Assembly (NCBI GenBank): GCA_963925895.1
Contig: CAWUVH010000007.1
Location: 178,910 to 242,909, forward strand
Direction of reading: 5' to 3'
DNA length: 64,000 bases
Origin: an uncultured Burkholderiales bacterium
Lineage (GTDB): Bacteria > Pseudomonadota > Gammaproteobacteria > Burkholderiales > Eutrophovitaceae
Shown piece by piece: positions 43,414 through 52,354 of this stretch; positions within the stretch are counted from its first letter, which is position 1; each line of letters begins with the position of its first letter. Under the pieces are notes generated by a model. It saw only the letters and a list, made by a program, of their open reading frames with translations. It was not told the origin of the DNA and searched no databases. Position numbers and translations under genes: made by a program.

Positions 43414-45138
43414 TTATGGTAATTCAAACACGATTACGTTATTTCCGCGTTTGAAGTTCAACTGATTATTACCACCGGCTGCAACGGCAATATACTGTTT
43501 GCCGTTAACCATATACGACACAGCTGGTGCATTGACGCCAGCACCAGCTTGAAATGACCAAAGCTTCGCCCCAGTCGTTGCGTCATAGGCATTGAATGAT
43601 CCGTTACCTTCACCTGTAAATACAAGGTTACCAGCGGTAGCTAGCACGCCTCCCATTAAAGGCTGGTCGGTGTCAGCTTCCCATGCAATTGTTCCGCTGT
43701 TAATGTCCACAGCAGACAAACGACCCCATGAAGCTTCACCTGGGATGACTTTAAATGCGCCACCAAGCCATAGCTTATCGCCACCAGGATACTCAGCCGC
43801 TTCGACGTGGTAGGTCATTGGCTGATGTAAGTTTGCAGCGTAGGCGAGACCTAAGTCTTCATTAACAGCCATTGGGCTCCATTCCACACCACCATTAGCG
43901 CCTGGAAGCATTCTTGTTCCTTCCGCTGTTGGTAATACCCACATGTCGTCTTGTGGCACCATTGCATCAGAGAATCGAACGAGTTCTCCTGTAGCTCTAT
44001 CATGAACGTAGACATGACCGGTTTTCCCCCCGTGGATTGCGACCTTGCGCATTTTCCCAGATTTATCTTTAGCGTCAGTCAGAATAACTGGACTTACAGC
44101 GTCAAGATCCCATACATCATGCGCGATGTACTGGTGGTGCCATTTGTAGCCACCTGTATTGAGGTCAATAGCAACCATGGAGTTGGTGTAGAGGTTATCG
44201 CCTGGTCTGATATCCCCATAAAGGTCAGGAGACGGATTGCCCACAACGAAGAACACAGTATCGGTGTCTTGATCAACTGCGGGAGACATCCATACACCAC
44301 CGCCTAGCGTTTGGTAGAAATCACCGCCGCGTTTCGAGAGCATTTTTTTCTCAGCCGCAATGTTTCTGTGCATATCTCGGCCGGTAGAGTCATGAGTGGC
44401 CCATACACCTTCATGACCCCGCTCAGGAATGGTGTGAAACGTCCAAGCGAGCTTTCCACTGTTCGCATCGAATGCTTTGACGAAGCCGCGAATGCCATAT
44501 TCACCACCATTGGTACCGATGAGGATTTTGCCATCAACTGCAACTGGAGCCATTGTCTCTGAATACCCAAGCTCTGGATCTGCGATTTGAGTTTCCCAAA
44601 TCTTTCCACCAGTCTTTGCGTCAAGAGCCACGAGTTTGGCATCTAGAGTAGCCATGAAAACTTTGCCATCTAGTGCCGCAACGCCACGGTTGTTTGGTCC
44701 GCAACAGTACACCGTAACGGGTCCCATAGCGTGCTTGTAATGCCAGAACTCTTTACCGCTCACGGCATCGATTGCGTGAATGTGGTTATAAGAGGTTGTT
44801 ATATACATCACGCCATCTACAACCAGCGGAGCGGTTTCCATTGACTCAAGCACGGCTGTTTGAAATATAAACGACGTTTTGAGGTGATGAACATTACTTG
44901 AGTTGATTTGACTGCTTGGGAAATATCGTTTTTGTGAGTATCCGCCATTGACCTGAAGCCAATCAGTTTTTTCAGTATCGGCTCCATCAAGACGAGCTTG
45001 TGAGACTGCTCTCAGATTGCTTGACATTGCTTGGGTCGTATCGGTGCTGCCACCGGTAACCTCTTGTGCTAATGCAGATGATCCGAGGACTGCCAGAGCT
45101 GCTGTTCCGGCCATCAGGCCGAGTTTGAAGCTTGTCAT
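43414..45138 (-). CDS. PQQ-dependent dehydrogenase, methanol/ethanol family, with the lanthanide-type Asp-x-Asp signature
   Basis: Signal peptide, vicinal Cys pair (VYCCGPNN), eight-bladed W-motif repeats, and the active-site context HDVWDLDA (catalytic Asp plus a second Asp two residues later). Confidence 0.85.
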   Translation of the reverse strand: MTSFKLGLMAGTAALAVLGSSALAQEVTGGSTDTTQAMSSNLRAVSQARLDGADTEKTDWLQVNGGYSQKRYFPSSQINSSNVHHLKTSFIFQTAVLESMETAPLVVDGVMYITTSYNHIHAIDAVSGKEFWHYKHAMGPVTVYCCGPNNRGVAALDGKVFMATLDAKLVALDAKTGGKIWETQIADPELGYSETMAPVAVDGKILIGTNGGEYGIRGFVKAFDANSGKLAWTFHTIPERGHEGVWATHDSTGRDMHRNIAAEKKMLSKRGGDFYQTLGGGVWMSPAVDQDTDTVFFVVGNPSPDLYGDIRPGDNLYTNSMVAIDLNTGGYKWHHQYIAHDVWDLDAVSPVILTDAKDKSGKMRKVAIHGGKTGHVYVHDRATGELVRFSDAMVPQDDMWVLPTAEGTRMLPGANGGVEWSPMAVNEDLGLAYAANLHQPMTYHVEAAEYPGGDKLWLGGAFKVIPGEASWGRLSAVDINSGTIAWEADTDQPLMGGVLATAGNLVFTGEGNGSFNAYDATTGAKLWSFQAGAGVNAPAVSYMVNGKQYIAVAAGGNNQLNFKRGNNVIVFELP

Positions 45139-45321
45139 AAAAGTACCCCCTATAATAAATAATGAACGTCTGTTAATAGAATCGAGGAATTCACTATTTT
45201 TGGCCGTGAATTTTGATTGGCCTTTTGATTGGTTTTTCTTGTCGCATTATGAAAACCTCTTTCATAATATAATATGCGTTGAAGCATTAAACAACCTTAA
45301 TGTATGGTTTGGGAGAATGTT

Positions 45322-45987
45322 ATGGGTGTGATAACACGATTAAGGCTCGTCTTGACGGGATTTTTCTTAGCCATCAGTTTTTTTGGGATTGCACATACCG
45401 ATCAAGGCAATCCAGACCGCTACACGCTAAATGCGCAATTACTTGCGGCGGCACGAGATGGCGATACCGCGACTGTGGAGCGCGTGATTGAGGGGGGTGC
45501 CAACCTCGACTCGCGGAATCGTGGCGGAAAAACTGCCCTATATTTATTTGTTGAGCGACGCGATCTGGCAATGGTCAACTATCTGCTCAACCAAGGTGCA
45601 AATCCCAATATTTCCGATTTGGAGAAGGTGACGCCGACAATGTCTGCCGCTTATAACGGGGACTTATCCATACTGAAATCACTCGTACAGTCCGGGACGA
45701 ATATTCAAGAGGAAGATCAGGTATTTAAGACGGCGATGATTTATGCGGCAGCGGCAGGACATTCACATATTGTGAAATATCTGTTGGAGAAGGGGGTAGA
45801 GGTGGACCAGCGATACCACCATGAGCTGACCGCGTTGATGTGGGCCTCCGGTATGAATCAACGATCAGTGGTTGCTTTGTTGTTAAGTCAAGGGGCGAAT
45901 ATGACGCTCAGAGATGATCGTGGAAAAACAGCTAGTGATATTGCACTAGGTGCAAAGGCGGGCTCAGTGGTTAATCTCCTCGAATAA
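45322..45987 (+). CDS. Exported ankyrin-repeat protein
   Basis: Signal peptide after the ATG at 45322, then about 5 ANK repeats (…GANLDSRNRGGKTALY…, …GANPNISD…, …GTNIQEED…). Confidence 0.8.
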   Translation: MGVITRLRLVLTGFFLAISFFGIAHTDQGNPDRYTLNAQLLAAARDGDTATVERVIEGGANLDSRNRGGKTALYLFVERRDLAMVNYLLNQGANPNISDLEKVTPTMSAAYNGDLSILKSLVQSGTNIQEEDQVFKTAMIYAAAAGHSHIVKYLLEKGVEVDQRYHHELTALMWASGMNQRSVVALLLSQGANMTLRDDRGKTASDIALGAKAGSVVNLLE

Positions 45988-46011
45988 TGCATGTGGCACT
46001 GCGAGCTAACT

Positions 46012-46305
46012 TTACGGATTTTGATTGGATTTGATTGATTCGATGAGTATTTGTTGTTCGTTTAGAAGTGCTCTGAGTTCTTCCACATTTTTTGTTAATT
46101 GATTAACCTTTTCCTCTAGAGCTTGTTCTCGACGTAACTCTTCCACGACGCCATCAGACTCAAGCCTGGATATTTCAACACGAATACCCGATATTTGATC
46201 TAAAAAGTAATCCACCCAAGGATCTCTTTGCGCGGTGTCTGCTTTTGCCGCTACAAGGCAGAACGGGATCAAGAGTAAAACTAAGATGTACCGATATTTT
46301 ATCAT
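46012..46305 (-). CDS. Small secreted coiled-coil protein, function unknown
   Basis: Signal peptide (MIKYRYILVLLLIPFCLVAAKA) and a heptad-rich C-terminal half. It is the last gene of the five-gene minus-strand operon. Confidence 0.5.
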   Translation of the reverse strand: MIKYRYILVLLLIPFCLVAAKADTAQRDPWVDYFLDQISGIRVEISRLESDGVVEELRREQALEEKVNQLTKNVEELRALLNEQQILIESIKSNQNP

Positions 46306-46333
46306 TTGCGCAGCCTCTTTTTTGCTGATGGGC

Positions 46334-46711
46334 TCACCGCATCAGTGATAGAGGAGTAGATGTTAGGTTGTGTACGACGATTGAGTTTCTATCAATGAGT
46401 TCGACCACTCTCGGTGCTATATGGCTGGTCCATTCTTCGCTCTTGTAGACTGCTTTATAAAGTTCTTTTTTCTGTTCCGCACTCTCGAAACGTCTAATCC
46501 AGACGTACGTGCTTCCTTTTGGTGTGGATGTCATCACGCGTTCGTTATCTATGATAGAAAACTCATCTGAACTGTCCATAACAAAACTGCCGGTAATCAC
46601 CATGCCTTTGCCAGCTTGGAAGGGAATGATCGTGTCTTCAACCAATTGAATCCATTCATCTGTTTTTCCTGGATTGATTTGATAAATACGTAGCTCAAAA
46701 AATGGTTCCAT
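46334..46711 (-). CDS. NIPSNAP-like (dimeric alpha/beta barrel) protein
   Basis: N-terminus FFELRIYQINPGKTDEW resembles the NIPSNAP pattern. There is no signal peptide. Confidence 0.55.
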   Translation of the reverse strand: MEPFFELRIYQINPGKTDEWIQLVEDTIIPFQAGKGMVITGSFVMDSSDEFSIIDNERVMTSTPKGSTYVWIRRFESAEQKKELYKAVYKSEEWTSHIAPRVVELIDRNSIVVHNLTSTPLSLMR

Positions 46712-46753
46712 TTTGGTCTCCTCAACTCTATTTATTCTTGCTATTAGGACGTC

Positions 46754-47644
46754 TTACTCATGTCGATCAGCGTTGGTTGTTCCAACGACGCTTACATTTT
46801 GAGTGAAAATATTTTCGTGGGTATCCATTATTATCAATGACAAGTTACCTTCTTTTTTTGGCGAAAAGCTAAATGTAAATGCCGGGTTATCTGAAATAGA
46901 GAAATTAACTTTTGCAGAGATCACTTCTTCATCCGCATAGCCTACCTTGAACTCTTGAATGAAATTTGGGACAGTGCTCGTGTCGATGTCCGATGCTATT
47001 GCTGATTCGTTAGGGTGTCGCACTTGAACCTTAACGATGTTATTTTTCTCAAATGGAACTCGAAATACTTTGTCACCATTTTCATCTTTGAATGTGTTTC
47101 TATATTTGTTAAAAGTCACCTTCATTTTCCCCAGCAGAGGGTCTGAGCCTGTGTTTTTGCCGGCAGGCGCGGAGCACCCCCCTTTTACTTCAATCCATTT
47201 TGAATCCATATGCAGTTGACCGTCGCTGGTCTCCGCTACGACGCGCACGAAGGTGAATTTTTCGATCCTCAGCCTTGTCGCTAGGTACAGTTTTCCGGCA
47301 GTGGGTGAGAGTTCGAAAATCGCTGCAGTTTGTATTGGATTTTGATCTACGATCAGATGTAATGTTTTGATGTAGGGTTGGGCCGTTTGACTAACTAGTC
47401 CATCTATTTGGATCGGCACAGTGGATGCATCATCAATATTGGTGTTGACCTTTAGAGAGACAGCTGACTCGGGGCCCGTTAGGATCGATCTGTCGCCGAA
47501 CATAAGGGATTTCAATGTGAGCCACTCAGGGACTTCGTTTTCCAGTAATTTGATTGGCTCGGCGTAGGCAACGTTTCCAAACAAGGAAATCGAGATTGCT
47601 AGGAGTACGCTCTTGAATATTTTAGTTGGCATGTTTAGGTGCAT
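46754..47644 (-). CDS. Fused SoxY-like / SoxZ-like sulfur-carrier protein (quinoprotein-dehydrogenase-associated SoxYZ-like carrier type)
   Basis: Sec-type signal peptide. The SoxY-like module is DDASTVPIQID…LIVDQNPIQTAAIFELSP…LATRLRIEKFTFVRVVAETSDGQLH…IEVKGGCS. The SoxZ-like module is VKVQVRHPNES…VPNFIQEFKV…NFSISDNPAFTFSF…LSLIIMDTHEN. Confidence 0.75.
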   Translation of the reverse strand: MHLNMPTKIFKSVLLAISISLFGNVAYAEPIKLLENEVPEWLTLKSLMFGDRSILTGPESAVSLKVNTNIDDASTVPIQIDGLVSQTAQPYIKTLHLIVDQNPIQTAAIFELSPTAGKLYLATRLRIEKFTFVRVVAETSDGQLHMDSKWIEVKGGCSAPAGKNTGSDPLLGKMKVTFNKYRNTFKDENGDKVFRVPFEKNNIVKVQVRHPNESAIASDIDTSTVPNFIQEFKVGYADEEVISAKVNFSISDNPAFTFSFSPKKEGNLSLIIMDTHENIFTQNVSVVGTTNADRHE

Positions 47645-47655
47645 TTCCAGTTCGG

Positions 47656-48303
47656 TTACTTTTTATTATTACTCTCTATTTCGAACATTACCTCATTTCG
47701 TCGCATTATGGGTAGCGTCCAAGGAGGATTATAAAAGGCGTAGATTGGACTCCCATTTATTGCTATGTCGTTCTCCTTTGCAAAAGTTTTGAGTTTTTCT
47801 TCGTGAATCTGGATATTTTTTGTCGAATTGGAACCTGAAAACTTTATTGCAATAACGCTCTGCGCGCTTTTTTTCGTAATTATTACTGCAGGGTTATTTG
47901 GTTTCGGCAGAGTCTCAAGAGAGTATTCAGCCGGCATATTAAAACTGATGATCCACCCGTTTTCTTTGTAAAGCTGCTCTACGGGCGCGGTCATCGCGAT
48001 TTTTTGATTGGTGGGAATTAACGTCTCTGTTCCTTTTTCTGTTGAGTTAGCAATGGTATTACCGCCGAAAATGTAATCTGCAAGTTGTCGAAATCCTGCG
48101 GCAATGGATTCTTCGCGGGCTCCGGATACAGTAACTTTAGCTATGATTCGTGGTGCATATTCCCGCCACTCAATGGAGGACTGCTTTTTTATAACTAGAT
48201 AGTTCGGGTGCTCAACATTACTCATGATGGGACCGCATAATACAGCGGTAATAAGAATCGTGAGTAGAAGCCCTATAGAGGCATGTTGCCATTTAATCTT
48301 CAT
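47656..48303 (-). CDS. SOUL/HBP haem-binding family protein with an N-terminal membrane anchor or signal
   Basis: SOUL-family pattern is present (EHPNYLVIKK…EWREYAP…FRQLADYIFGGN…IAMTAPV). Length is 215 aa. Confidence 0.7.
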   Translation of the reverse strand: MKIKWQHASIGLLLTILITAVLCGPIMSNVEHPNYLVIKKQSSIEWREYAPRIIAKVTVSGAREESIAAGFRQLADYIFGGNTIANSTEKGTETLIPTNQKIAMTAPVEQLYKENGWIISFNMPAEYSLETLPKPNNPAVIITKKSAQSVIAIKFSGSNSTKNIQIHEEKLKTFAKENDIAINGSPIYAFYNPPWTLPIMRRNEVMFEIESNNKK

Positions 48304-48685
48304 CGCGAGCTGTCATAGTCCTGAAACCGTAGAGCGTCAGTAACAGCCAGGCGATCATTATGGTAATGCCGCCAATCGGCGTAATATTTACAAGTCTCGG
48401 TATGTCGAAGGTTACCGATGTATAAATGCTGAGACTGAAGAGAATGGTCCCTATGATAAAGAGGTAGCCACTCCACCGAAGTAGGGGTGATCGACCCGTC
48501 TGGCCCCCGTTCAGAAGACCAAATCCAACCACCACTGCAGTTACTGCGTGGATCTGGTTATAGCGAACAGCCGTCATTAAAAACCGAAAATGCTCCTCAG
48601 TTATCGTTTCACGAAGCCCATGTTCAGCATATGCGCCGAAAGCGACTGAGATAAAGCCAAGAAGTGCTCCAAATAAGAGAATCAT
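48293..48685 (-). CDS. DUF423 (YgdD-like) small membrane protein
   Basis: 130 aa with 4 TM segments. The N-terminus LGFISVAFGAYAEHGL is typical of DUF423. Confidence 0.75.
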   Translation of the reverse strand: MILLFGALLGFISVAFGAYAEHGLRETITEEHFRFLMTAVRYNQIHAVTAVVVGFGLLNGGQTGRSPLLRWSGYLFIIGTILFSLSIYTSVTFDIPRLVNITPIGGITIMIAWLLLTLYGFRTMTARDED

Positions 48686-49052
48686 TGTGTGCCTTTGTGT
48701 GATTTGGTTCGAGTGTCAATCGTTGGATGAATTGACTGAATTTTCTCTAGATAGTTCATTGTCGGTCAAGCTCGATGGTCCTGCAAGAAGAGACTTTATG
48801 TTGGGTGTGGTGCTATTCAATTCATTCTTCAAATCACCAGTTTTGTATATTTAAGTGATGAATTTTTGTTTTATTTTAATCATATTGTTTTATATGATGG
48901 TTGTCAGTATTATAGGGAGCGGAAGACCAATGAGAATGGAACGCCTCTGTATGGGCGTAGATATCGTGGTTGACCAAAATAAATTTAAGGAAAGCATCAC
49001 CTCAATCATGAGGTTTGCTAACTTTTCTTAATACAATAGAGGAGTTTTAATC

Positions 49053-49520
49053 ATGAGAACATTTTTATTAGCAGTTTTTTCATTGATGTTTATTTCAGGT
49101 CCCGTTTTCGCTGACGGACACTCGCTAGCAAAGTCGGGCGTCATTAAATTTCATACGGGTTGGAAGTGCGAGTATCCTTCGACGGCGGGCACAGACGATA
49201 AAGTAGTTGGTGGTGTGCAATGCCAGGGCTACACATTTTCATCTGATGGCTCTGCAGCGTTGCATGAGGGGCCTGCAGGTTGTTATGGAGCCTTTAATGT
49301 AGAAGGGAACATTGTTGGTCAGTGTTCATGGAGTGATGCGGACGGCGATAACCTTTACACCTTATTTGATGGAAATGCGTTCACAAATATAGGGACGAAT
49401 AATATTACTGGTGGTACAGGAAAATATGCAGGTATGACTGGATCAGGACCTTGGGTATGCAAGGGTGTAGCTACTGGTGAAAGCATGTGTAATCAAAGTT
49501 TGACATATGAAATAAAATAG
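49053..49520 (+). CDS. Secreted Cys-rich protein, function unknown
   Basis: GAGGAG Shine-Dalgarno, signal peptide, 8 Cys residues, a GGTGKYAGMTG motif, and a strong terminator after the gene. Confidence 0.6.
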   Translation: MRTFLLAVFSLMFISGPVFADGHSLAKSGVIKFHTGWKCEYPSTAGTDDKVVGGVQCQGYTFSSDGSAALHEGPAGCYGAFNVEGNIVGQCSWSDADGDNLYTLFDGNAFTNIGTNNITGGTGKYAGMTGSGPWVCKGVATGESMCNQSLTYEIK

Positions 49521-49560
49521 ATCGATAGGTTACACGGCGGGTCTTTTGGGCTTCGCATTA

Positions 49561-49588
49561 AAAAAGGCGTCTTCGGGCGCCTTTTTTA
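49561..49588 (+). terminator. Rho-independent terminator
   Basis: Sequence is AAAAAGGCG-tcttcggg-CGCCTTTTTT. Confidence 0.8.
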
Positions 49589-49641
49589 TTAAGTTAGGTT
49601 TATGTAGAATTAGGAATTAAGAAATACTTAGTGAGTAGAGA

Positions 49642-50121
49642 ATGAGTCACATGAGTTTTAATTCAGATCGAGTGGAGTGGCGACGTGTCACAGACCCTTT
49701 GTGTAAGACATATAAGGTGGATTTTGAGTATAGCCTTTTGGGTTTCGATCTTGATGCTGGGCGATTGGATATGCTCCTTCGATACGCTGCGGGTAAAGGG
49801 CATTGTCGAAGGCATCGGCATGTGGCGTCTACAATGACGTTAGTGCTTGAGGGGGAACAACATTTGCAAGAGCTCCGAGTGGATGGTTCGACCAAAATCG
49901 TCTCTCGTAAAAAAGGAGATTATGCGCTGTCTCCTGGCGACGCTCGACCGCATCTTGAGCATGGAGGAGATAGTGGAGGCACTGTGCTCTTGTCAATGTG
50001 CGCTAATGACGGGGTTATCTTTGAATATTTTGGAGAAGAGGCTGAGGCATCATGGACGGTTTCGATCGCTGAATTCGTCTCAAGCTGGGAGCGTGGGGAG
50101 ATCTACGGCACGGCAAAGTGA
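49642..50121 (+). CDS. Cupin-fold protein (ChrR-like cupin pattern), function unknown
   Basis: The RHRHVASTMTLVLEGEQ segment resembles the H-x-H…E cupin metal motif. This is a weak assignment. Confidence 0.4.
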   Translation: MSHMSFNSDRVEWRRVTDPLCKTYKVDFEYSLLGFDLDAGRLDMLLRYAAGKGHCRRHRHVASTMTLVLEGEQHLQELRVDGSTKIVSRKKGDYALSPGDARPHLEHGGDSGGTVLLSMCANDGVIFEYFGEEAEASWTVSIAEFVSSWERGEIYGTAK

Positions 50122-50181
50122 CCCAGCAGGAATGTGTTTGCTGAGACGTCTTTCGGGATGTTCAAATATTGAAGGTCTATT

Positions 50182-50213
50182 AAAAAAGACGTTGACTGAT
50201 CAACGTCTTTTTT
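50182..50213. terminator. Bidirectional rho-independent terminator
   Basis: Sequence is AAAAAAGACGTTGA-ctga-TCAACGTCTTTTTT, between convergent genes. Confidence 0.85.
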
Positions 50214-50236
50214 AATTTTATATCCCAAATGTTTTA

Positions 50237-50689
50237 TCAGCCTTCGTAAAACCCAACGCCACAGTACATCCCTTTAACTTTGGTGATGAAAGAGGTTTTG
50301 GTGTACACCTCCTCACTATCGGTGGTGGGCCGCACAAGTTTATATGTAATTTTTTTGATCTCTCCTTTTTGGGTGCTAGACACTAATGACCAAATATTCA
50401 GGCCATCTTCGTCCATCAGTCCGGAGGCGTCAGCACCAAGATTTGTAGGGTGCGCAAGTAAAATACCTTTTTTATTAAAACAAAATACATATAAATCTTT
50501 ATATCCAAAACCGCCGTCTAAGTCTGTAAATGCGTCGAGGGCTCGTACTTTGTCAATGTTTACTAAGTTGATTGCGCGTTCAATCATTGCTTTGGCTTGT
50601 GCTTCTGTGCCGAATTCGGTAGCGTGATTTAGCGTAGTCGTCATGCTCAACAAGAGTGCGATTGCCGCGAGAGTTAGTTTCTTGATCAT
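50237..50689 (-). CDS. Stand-alone periplasmic single-Cache-2-like domain protein
   Basis: An AGGAG Shine-Dalgarno lies 8 nt before the ATG at 50689. There is a signal peptide. The pattern KDLYVFCFNKKGILLAHP…DEDG…ITYKL…GVGFYE matches sCache_2 domains. No transmitter domain is present. Confidence 0.55.
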   Translation of the reverse strand: MIKKLTLAAIALLLSMTTTLNHATEFGTEAQAKAMIERAINLVNIDKVRALDAFTDLDGGFGYKDLYVFCFNKKGILLAHPTNLGADASGLMDEDGLNIWSLVSSTQKGEIKKITYKLVRPTTDSEEVYTKTSFITKVKGMYCGVGFYEG

Positions 50690-50861
50690 AATAAATACTC
50701 CTATAGATTGTTTCACTTAAAAGGCGCGCAGGTATTGCTCGAACAATTGTATCGATAAAAACATGTTGTGAGTTATATTTCTCTAGTCAACTAACGAGTT
50801 TATATTGATCGTTAACTGCTGTAACTTTGGTAATATCAAGTTTTCGTTTCGTGGAGAAATC

Positions 50862-51371
50862 ATGGGTTGGGAAGGTAAATTGTTAAGCATTCATATCGCA
50901 CCTGAGGCGAGCTATGAGATGGAGGCATTGGAGGAGGCGGAGCTTGTCGCTGGCAGGGGCATTGTCGGAGACCGTTACTACCTGGGCCGCGGTACCTATT
51001 CGCCCAAGCCAGACTGCCGAGAAATCACCTTGATTGAACAAGAAGCATTGGATGCATTGGTTCGAGATGATCCACCCATGCAAGGTTCTTCCATCAAGAT
51101 TGAGCCGTTTGAACATCGAAGAAATCTGACTGTAGAAGGTGTGCCTTTAAATCATCTTGTTGGTTACCGGTTTAGTATCGGTGAGTGTATCCTTTCGGGT
51201 GGGCGACTGAATTTCCCTTGTCGATATCTTGAGCAACTATTGGATCGACCAGTGTTTTTACCTCTTTATAATCGGTCAGGTCTTAATTGTTGGATCGAGA
51301 AGGGTGGCGTTATTCATCCCGGGGATCAGATCGTCCCCTTAAATGAAGTCACCACTAAGCCTCATCGTTAG
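50862..51371 (+). CDS. MOSC domain protein
   Basis: About 170 aa. GDRY and RRNLTVEG segments are typical of the MOSC beta-barrel. A GGAGA Shine-Dalgarno precedes the ATG at 50862. Confidence 0.7.
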   Translation: MGWEGKLLSIHIAPEASYEMEALEEAELVAGRGIVGDRYYLGRGTYSPKPDCREITLIEQEALDALVRDDPPMQGSSIKIEPFEHRRNLTVEGVPLNHLVGYRFSIGECILSGGRLNFPCRYLEQLLDRPVFLPLYNRSGLNCWIEKGGVIHPGDQIVPLNEVTTKPHR

Positions 51372-51380
51372 GCTAATTTG

Positions 51381-52322
51381 ATGAGCGCACGCATCATTAT
51401 GAAGCTCCACGTTGAGCGACGTGATCAGCTTGATGAAGACTTGGTTCGTATCTGGTTGCGCCATCCGCTGAGGCCTAAGCTCCCAGCATGGTCTCCCGGT
51501 GCTCATGTGGACCTCCGTCTCGGTGACGGTAAGATTCGACAGTATTCGTTAACCAGTGATCCGCAAGATCTATCGCAGTACGCCATTACCGTAAAGCGAG
51601 AAAATGCAGGGCGAGGTGGATCATCCTGGGTACATGAGCATCTTAATGAAGGAGCTCAAGCGCGGGTCTCGACCCCGCGTAATAACTTTGTGCTGGTTGA
51701 GGCTCCGAGTGTCTTGATTGCGGGCGGTATTGGTGTGACACCTTTGATTTCTATGGGGCGTGCATTAATGCAGAGTAAGTTGTTACACGGGTTTCATTTT
51801 TGTTCACAGAGGGCCCAACCTAAGGTAGTGGAGGAGCTGAAACAGATTTGTGAGACTTCGTTGAGCACATACGTTTCCGATGACCCCAACAGCCCGCGGC
51901 TCGATTTGTCGGCGTTGATTGCTGGCTTGTCACGTGATCTGCATATTTATTGCTGTGGTCCTGAGCATTTGATGACTGAAGTGAAAGAGTTGACCAAGGA
52001 CTGGAATCAAGAGCAGATTCATTTTGAGGTGTTTAACACCGCAGCAGATGAGGGCTACAAGCCTGAGCCGTTTGACGTCATCGTATCAAGCACTGGGGAA
52101 ACCTTACGAGTTCCTGCAAATCATTCGGTACTTGATGTGTTAAGAATGGCCGGACATATTGTCCCGTCGTCCTGTAGGCAAGGGCTTTGTGGTACCTGTG
52201 AATGTGGCTATATATCAGGTGATGTGATTCATCGCGACTCGGTGCTGAGCCCTGATGCCCGTCAAGATCGTATGATGCCGTGTGTATCAAGGGCGCGGGT
52301 TTCTGTGACGCTAGATCTATAA
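51381..52322 (+). CDS. PDR/VanB-family flavin reductase with a C-terminal plant-type 2Fe-2S domain
   Basis: Flavin-binding RQYSL motif, NAD-binding GGIGVTP motif, and C-terminal CRQGLCGTCE. It starts about 10 nt after the MOSC gene. Confidence 0.85.
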   Translation: MSARIIMKLHVERRDQLDEDLVRIWLRHPLRPKLPAWSPGAHVDLRLGDGKIRQYSLTSDPQDLSQYAITVKRENAGRGGSSWVHEHLNEGAQARVSTPRNNFVLVEAPSVLIAGGIGVTPLISMGRALMQSKLLHGFHFCSQRAQPKVVEELKQICETSLSTYVSDDPNSPRLDLSALIAGLSRDLHIYCCGPEHLMTEVKELTKDWNQEQIHFEVFNTAADEGYKPEPFDVIVSSTGETLRVPANHSVLDVLRMAGHIVPSSCRQGLCGTCECGYISGDVIHRDSVLSPDARQDRMMPCVSRARVSVTLDL

Positions 52323-52354
52323 GTCGTTAACTACGGCCGCAAAAATTTTTATAT

